A stretch of DNA of 64,000 bases from Acidimicrobiia bacterium. Lineage in GTDB: Bacteria > Actinomycetota > Acidimicrobiia > Spongiisociales > ZC4RG35. Shown one piece after another: positions 59,259-64,000 of the stretch. Numbering within the stretch: the stretch's first letter is position 1; every line of letters begins with the position of its first letter. The translations under genes were made by a program, and so were the position numbers. The stretch is taken from NCBI GenBank assembly GCA_026002975.1, contig BPGJ01000009.1, positions 48,105-112,104 on the forward strand, given 5' to 3'. The notes below the pieces were generated by a model. The model had not been told where the DNA came from and made no database searches. It saw only the letters and a list, made by a program, of their open reading frames with translations.

Positions 59259-60804
59259 ATGGCTTCCGGTGTGGTGGGGAGGTTGGTGCCGGGCACCCGT
59301 TGGAGGGTGTGGCGGCTGCGTGACCGGGTGGTCGGTTGGGACCCGGTGGTCTGGCTGTTGTTGGTCTACGGGTTGGGGATGCTGTGGGTGGACGGGTTCT
59401 CGGATGTTCGGGCGGGTGTGTGGGGGTTGTTGGGGTTGGTGTTGTGGAGGGTCGGTTGGAGCCGGGTGGCTGATGTGGTGGGAGCGGGGCGGATTCGCCG
59501 GTGGTGGGTGCTGGCCCGGGAGGGGGGTTCGAGTGTTTTGGCGGTGTGGCTGACCCTGGCCGACGGGTTCGACGGGTGGGGGGTGTCGGGCTGGTTGGTG
59601 GTGGTGTTGGCTTGGCAGGCGGCCCGGTACGGGTTCGAGCGGTTCGTCCAGCTGGCCAAGATCGGTGTGGCAGCTTGGGTGGTGGGGGTGTTGTGGGTTT
59701 GGTCGACGGCGGGGCCGCATCCTGGCCATGGGGTGGAGGAGGCGATGTCGGTGCTGTTGACGGCCGGCTATGTGGCGGTGTTGGGTTTCGGGGTTTGGCA
59801 GGCGGAGACGCTGCGGGGAGACGCAGCCCGGGGACGGTGGTTGTTCTCCGAGGTGGCGGCTCGGGCGCCGGTGGGTTTGGTGATGCTGGCGAGTTATCCG
59901 CTGCGGGTGGTGTGGTCGAACCGGGCGGCTGGTCGTCTCGGGTTGGTGGAGTTGGCCACATCGGCCGATGGTCCGGTGTTGAGGCAGGCCTACCAGGTGG
60001 CGGCTGGTGGGCCTGTTCCCGACCCGTTGCTGTGTGAGGCGGCGAGAGGGTCGGTCAGCCACCTCCGGGTGATGGTGTGGCCGTTGCCTGACCCCGAATC
60101 CGATGAGAACCTGGTGATGCTGGCCGCGACCGACGCCACCGACGAGGTTGCTTGGCGGGCGCAACGCAGCCGCTTCTTCGAGATGGCGTCCCATCAGCTG
60201 CGCACCCCTCTCACCCCGATCGTGGCTTACAGCCGGCTCCTGTCCGACCCGAGCCTCGACCCCGGGTCTACGCCGCGAAGCCGCCGACGCGATCGGCGAA
60301 GCCGGCCGACAGATGGAGAGGCTGTTCTGCCGGATCCAACAGATCAGCCAACTCGACGCCGCCCCCATACCTCCGGCGGTGACCGTCCCGATCGGTGAGA
60401 TCCTCCGGCTGGTGACCGCCAACCGGCCCGACCTGGAATCCGGCCTGGTCGTCCAAGGCGACACCGACACCTCGGTCACCACCCATCCCCAAACCCTGGC
60501 CAGGGTGATCGAAGAGCTGTTGGACAACTCCAAACGCCACGGCGAACCCCCCACGGTCCTCACCATCCAACCCCACCACGACCACATAGACCTCACCGTC
60601 ACCGACCAAGGTCCCGGCCCCAACCTGCCAGCCGACCGGATCTACGAGCTGTGGGGAGACCACCCCGACGACCCCACCACCCCCGGCATGGGAACCCGCC
60701 TAGGCCTACACCTGGCGTATCGCACCGCCCAGCATGCCGGTGTCACTCTCACCTACCAACCCCCACCCGACTGGAACCACACCCTCCACATCCCGACCAC
60801 CTAG
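59259..60804 (+). CDS. Orphan sensor histidine kinase (Trp-rich TM region, PAS-like, HisKA, HATPase), one frame break
   Basis: H-box FFEMASHQLRTPL in frame 3. N-box EELLDNSKRHG, G1 DQGPGP and G2 GMGTRLGL in frame 1. The switch is at the CCCC/GGG run 60260-60268. No adjacent response regulator. Confidence 0.6.
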
Positions 60805-61045
60805 AGGAGTTTGCCCCCCGGCAGCCAGTCGATAGAGATGAGCGCCGAGGTGTCGTCGGGGAAGATGCCGACCAAATGGAGTGTGTTTGATCTCCTTGTG
60901 GGCCCGTTCTAGGGGGTTGGTGGAGGCCATCTTGCGCCAGTGTGTCCGGGGAACTGGTGAGCAGCGATATCGCCGATGCCATCCCGAGTGGGCTGCTTCC
61001 ACCGGAGCTTGAAGGCGGCGCAGGCTGAAAACAGGCCTCCGGCAG
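60805..61045 (-). mobile_element. IS256-family (Transposase_mut) transposase C-terminal remnant, multiply frameshifted
   Basis: Minus-strand translation gives AAFKLRWKQ..., then FPRTHWRKMASTNPLERAHKEIK, then (next frame) LVGIFPDDTSALISI, ending in a stop. Only ~70 codons remain and no N-terminal catalytic region is present. Confidence 0.6.
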
Positions 61046-61060
61046 ACCCGCTCGGTCGGA

Positions 61061-61777
61061 TCAGACCTCGCCAAAGCGAGCGGCGTAGGCCTCGGCGATG
61101 CTGTTGATGAACTCCTCCCAGCGGAGGCCGCTCCCGACGGGCGGTAGGTCTGGCTCGATCGCTCCCGTGAGACGATCGAAGGCGACGATGGCGATGCCCT
61201 CGAGAAGGTGAGGGGCATCGCCATCGGTTTTCCGACCGCCGGCCCGCATGAACCTGGCAACCGCCCGAGAGACAAGATGGCTGGTCGATTTCCAGTCCGT
61301 GTCGTCGCCGGACCTGACCCGCTCGGTCGTAGGAAGCGTCAGGATTCCTCCCACCACGGCGAAGGGAAACTTGAGGTGGATATTGACTGCGAACGTCCGG
61401 ATGTCGCCGAAGCGATTCCAGATGGCCCGGCCGACAGCCAGGTGGACCGGCTTGATCTCCACCGCGAGCGTCAACCCGTGAATCTCCGATACCTCGGAGA
61501 CGTCGGCCTTGACACTTCGGAGCCCGCCGCCAACCTCACGCTCTCCAGCAACTGCATGATCGAGGCCTAGGTCTCGGTCCCGGAGATCGGCTAAGGTCAC
61601 CTGAGCCAGGGCGTTTGACAGTCTGAGCTGAGCGGCCTTCCCCTTTTTGCCCCCCACGACGGTCGCCTTACGAATGTATTCGGCGGATGCCCGACAATAG
61701 TCCTCGATCGTGGGACGCTCCATGGCTATCAGGTCGTCGACGAGTGGGAGGTCGGTAGGTTCGGGCACCCGAGTCAT
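61061..61777 (-). CDS. Putative type II restriction endonuclease (PD-(D/E)xK-like)
   Basis: 238 aa, 4 nt downstream of the methyltransferase on the same strand. Candidate catalytic pattern KADVSE-x12-EIK. Confidence 0.5.
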   Translation of the reverse strand: MTRVPEPTDLPLVDDLIAMERPTIEDYCRASAEYIRKATVVGGKKGKAAQLRLSNALAQVTLADLRDRDLGLDHAVAGEREVGGGLRSVKADVSEVSEIHGLTLAVEIKPVHLAVGRAIWNRFGDIRTFAVNIHLKFPFAVVGGILTLPTTERVRSGDDTDWKSTSHLVSRAVARFMRAGGRKTDGDAPHLLEGIAIVAFDRLTGAIEPDLPPVGSGLRWEEFINSIAEAYAARFGEV

Positions 61778-61781
61778 CGGC

Positions 61782-62798
61782 TTATCCGGTTAGGTCCAAT
61801 TCGGCCTGTGCCTTCGTGCTGAGGGCGGCCCTGACTCGGTCGACCGACATTTCGAAGTACTCAGGGTCGACCTCCACGCTAATGCTGTTGCGCCCGCACA
61901 GCGCCGCAGCCGCGGGCGTCGTTCCCGTACCCACGAACGGGTCGAATACCGTGTCTCCCACGAAAGAAAACATGCGGATCAGCCGTTGAGCCAACGCCAG
62001 CGGGAACGGTGCCGGGTGGTTGGCTGTCGAGGCCCCTGGGAGTGTCCAAATCTGCTGGAACCAGTCGGCGTGGTCGGCCGCCGGGATCACGGAGAGGAGC
62101 CGCGTCGCTAGGTCGGGCTTTCGGTATCCGCCGGGTTTGCGCTGGAACAGGATGTACTCGATGTCGTTCTTGATGACGCCGTTGGGCTCGAAGGGCTTTC
62201 CGAAGAAGCCGCCCGGCCCCATCTCGTACTGAGCGTTGGCGATCTTGTACCAGATGATTGGCGCCAAGTTGTCAAAGCCGATTCGACGGCACCGCTCCTG
62301 AATGCTGGCATGAAGGGGGAAGACGAGGTGGCGGCCGTAGGCACGTCGTGACACGTTGACATCCCCGACCACAATCACCAGCCTCCCGCCGGGCACCAGC
62401 GCTCGGTACGCCTGCCGCCAAACGTGGTCGAGTTCGTCCAGGAACTGCTCGTAATCGGCGATCTCGCCGAGCTGGCTGTGGTGATCGTTGTACTTCTTGA
62501 GAGTCCAGTACGGAGGGGATGTCAGCACCAGATCGACGCTCTCCTCCTGGAGCTCAAGCTGCCTGCTGTCGGCGAGGTGGAGAACGTGTTGAGTTTCTAA
62601 ACCCCGCACCACACGCTCGATCTGGGCGCAGGCAGCTGAGTCCTTTGCTATGGACGGGATGGCCTTCTGTGGATCGTCGACAACTCGCTGCAGCAGCGAC
62701 GCAGGCGTCACCCGCCAGAGATCGTCTCGACCGAGCAGGCGCCCGAGGACCACAGGAGCACCACTACGACCCTTCTTACTCGCCGCCATTCCACCCAC
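61782..62798 (-). CDS. Beta-class DNA methyltransferase (N4-cytosine or N6-adenine)
   Basis: 338 aa. Motif IV TSPPYW precedes motif I FDPFVGTGTT, which is the beta permutation. SPPY favours m4C (inference). Confidence 0.85.
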   Translation of the reverse strand: MGGMAASKKGRSGAPVVLGRLLGRDDLWRVTPASLLQRVVDDPQKAIPSIAKDSAACAQIERVVRGLETQHVLHLADSRQLELQEESVDLVLTSPPYWTLKKYNDHHSQLGEIADYEQFLDELDHVWRQAYRALVPGGRLVIVVGDVNVSRRAYGRHLVFPLHASIQERCRRIGFDNLAPIIWYKIANAQYEMGPGGFFGKPFEPNGVIKNDIEYILFQRKPGGYRKPDLATRLLSVIPAADHADWFQQIWTLPGASTANHPAPFPLALAQRLIRMFSFVGDTVFDPFVGTGTTPAAAALCGRNSISVEVDPEYFEMSVDRVRAALSTKAQAELDLTG

Positions 62799-62849
62799 AG
62801 GTCACCTCGCTACCCGACTACCACGCTAGTTGGATCGCCCGATCTTGAG

Positions 62850-62863
62850 TTACACCTTTGTAA
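62850..62863. promoter_or_regulatory. AT-rich palindrome TTACA-N4-TGTAA upstream of the methyltransferase
   Basis: Lies 52-65 nt upstream of the MTase start in the only AT-rich patch of that intergenic region. Its function is unassigned. Confidence 0.3.
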
Positions 62864-63064
62864 TCTGCGTCGTAACGATACCCCGCGGCTACGACAGAAA
62901 CGGGCGCTTAGGCCCCACCGAGCGGCACCCGACTCTCGCCTTGACGGCCCGCGCCACCCTGACACAACTCCGGGGCAGGTTGGGGCGCAGGGACACCGGA
63001 TCGGCCAGGATCCCCCTACGAAGACCCCGGACCGTCAGACCCCCACTCCGACACACCACCGCAG

Positions 63065-63270
63065 GCTGGACCCCGCTCCGCGGTGCCGGAGGTGGGACTC
63101 GCAGCATCCTCGCCAGCGGGTTGGCCCCCGCGTCGAGGTGTCTGAGCCACCTGAACCTCCCTTCGGGTAGACGACGTCGACGATAGACGAACCGGCCCGG
63201 GGCGTCTGGCCGATGCCGGCGCTCCGACCGCCGAGGGGCTGGGGAGGCCAACCCGGTAGGATTTGGTCGC
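63065..63270. repeat. Direct-repeat copy B
   Basis: Paralogous to 58881-59225 in the same orientation. Ends a few nt before the 63274 ORF. Confidence 0.65.
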
Positions 63271-63273
63271 CTG

Positions 63274-63750
63274 GTGGAAAACCAGATGGAGGATGTGACG
63301 GTGGATTCGGGTTTCGGAGTTGTCCTCGCTGCCGCCACCGTTGTCGTGTTCGCCGAGGTCGGAGGGATTGGGAGAAGACTCCCGTTCCGGGTTCAGAAGA
63401 CTGTCAGGTTTCTCAGCCTGGGGCTCGGGCTCAGTCTGGTTGCCGTTGGGCTGTTCGCCCTGGCGGCTGAAGCCGCGTCGGGTCCCACCGGCGAGCCGTC
63501 CCGGCTCGCGTGGGCCGTCCCTGTGGTGGTGACGGTCGCCGGGGGGTTGGTCGTGTGGGGGTCGGAGCGCTGGCAGGGCCGGGAGGCGGCTTGGCTGCGA
63601 CGCGCCGGCTGGGCCCTATCTATCGCAGGGGTTTCTTTGACCGCCCTGTCGGATGTCTATCTCGTTGTGGCGCTCCTCCTCGTTCCCGCCCTGTTGGCGT
63701 TCCCGCCGGCGGGCGAGCACGGATCAGCCGACCGTGTGGGAGTGGTTTGA
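63274..63750 (+). CDS. Hypothetical membrane protein
   Basis: 158 aa with about four hydrophobic helices. GTG start, or ATG at 63286. No motif recognised. Confidence 0.4.
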   Translation: MENQMEDVTVDSGFGVVLAAATVVVFAEVGGIGRRLPFRVQKTVRFLSLGLGLSLVAVGLFALAAEAASGPTGEPSRLAWAVPVVVTVAGGLVVWGSERWQGREAAWLRRAGWALSIAGVSLTALSDVYLVVALLLVPALLAFPPAGEHGSADRVGVV

Positions 63751-63955
63751 GGCATTTGGGACCCCGAGGAAGGCGCTGCCTCGCCGACCGAGGTGATCGA
63801 CCATCTCACAGTGGAAGGAGGCGCGGGGTTGGCCGCCGGCCAATCCTTGCCCCCTCCGCCCTGTCTGGGGGACCATGCGGTACTGATTTGGGAAGTGCAT
63901 GTCTCATTCTTGGAATAAGGTGAGTTTCGGTTTCCGGACTGGATGGGAGTTGAGC

Positions 63956-64000
63956 ATGCAGATGACGACCTTCGACGCTACGAAGCAGTCGCTGATCGAG
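63956..64000 (+). CDS. Possible 5' end of a CDS running off the window
   Basis: ATG preceded by GGGAG. Only 15 open codons are visible (MQMTTFDATKQSLIE). Confidence 0.2.
   Translation, partial: MQMTTFDATKQSLIE

Noticed and set aside
1778-60268. Programmed ribosomal frameshifting or recoding as an explanation for the frame breaks
   Set aside because: There are nine events, in unrelated housekeeping and accessory genes, with no shared slippery heptamer or downstream structure. Most are at short G or C runs. Technical indels are far more parsimonious.
1-64000. CRISPR arrays, rRNA genes, integrases or intact transposases
   Set aside because: I saw no regularly spaced short repeats, no rRNA-like conserved blocks, and no tyrosine or serine recombinase or full-length transposase ORF. 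Only the IS256 stub is present.

Overview
High-GC (spot counts above 70% in the first 45 kb) chromosomal segment that looks like Actinomycetota: SepF and DivIVA are present and ftsA is absent. The phylum call is inference only.

Layout:
- 0-14.8 kb: division/cell-wall cluster ftsI-murE-mraY-murD-ftsW-murG-murC-murB-ftsQ-ftsZ, then pgeF-yggS-sepF-yggT-divIVA. Most junctions are 4-nt ATGA/GTGA overlaps.
- 14.8-25.1 kb: ileS (-), a DksA/TraR-type zinc-finger gene, lspA, rluD, pfkA (-), a rhomboid protease and dnaE.
- 25.1-35.5 kb: a DsrE-like gene; a minus-strand operon of a tandem ThyX-like protein, a small ORF and two ArsA/Get3-like ATPases; a thioesterase/CDF-like/EamA operon; nth; MATE; MFS; ccdA.
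- 35.5-45.0 kb: a split trp operon (trpE ... trpC-trpF-trpB-trpA) interrupted by a YgfZ-like gene, a GH13 glucosidase and a two-component system.
- 45.05 kb onward: composition drops directly after trpA and a ~13-kb carbohydrate/polyol utilisation island begins. It encodes a PTE-like lactonase, an AroE-like protein, a GntR regulator, a CUT2-type ABC importer, several dehydrogenases, a cupin-type PGI, an FGGY kinase and a KDPG-type aldolase.
- 58.9-63.3 kb: a mosaic patch bounded by paralogous ~160-200-nt direct repeats. It holds a sensor kinase with extreme G+T strand bias, an IS256-family transposase remnant and a type II restriction-modification pair.

At least nine single-base-type frame breaks interrupt otherwise well-conserved genes, five of them in essential dcw genes and most at short homopolymers. 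I read these as sequence-quality artefacts rather than biology. I recognised no rRNA, tRNA or CRISPR array. All family assignments rest on motifs I could read in the translations; nothing was searched against a database.
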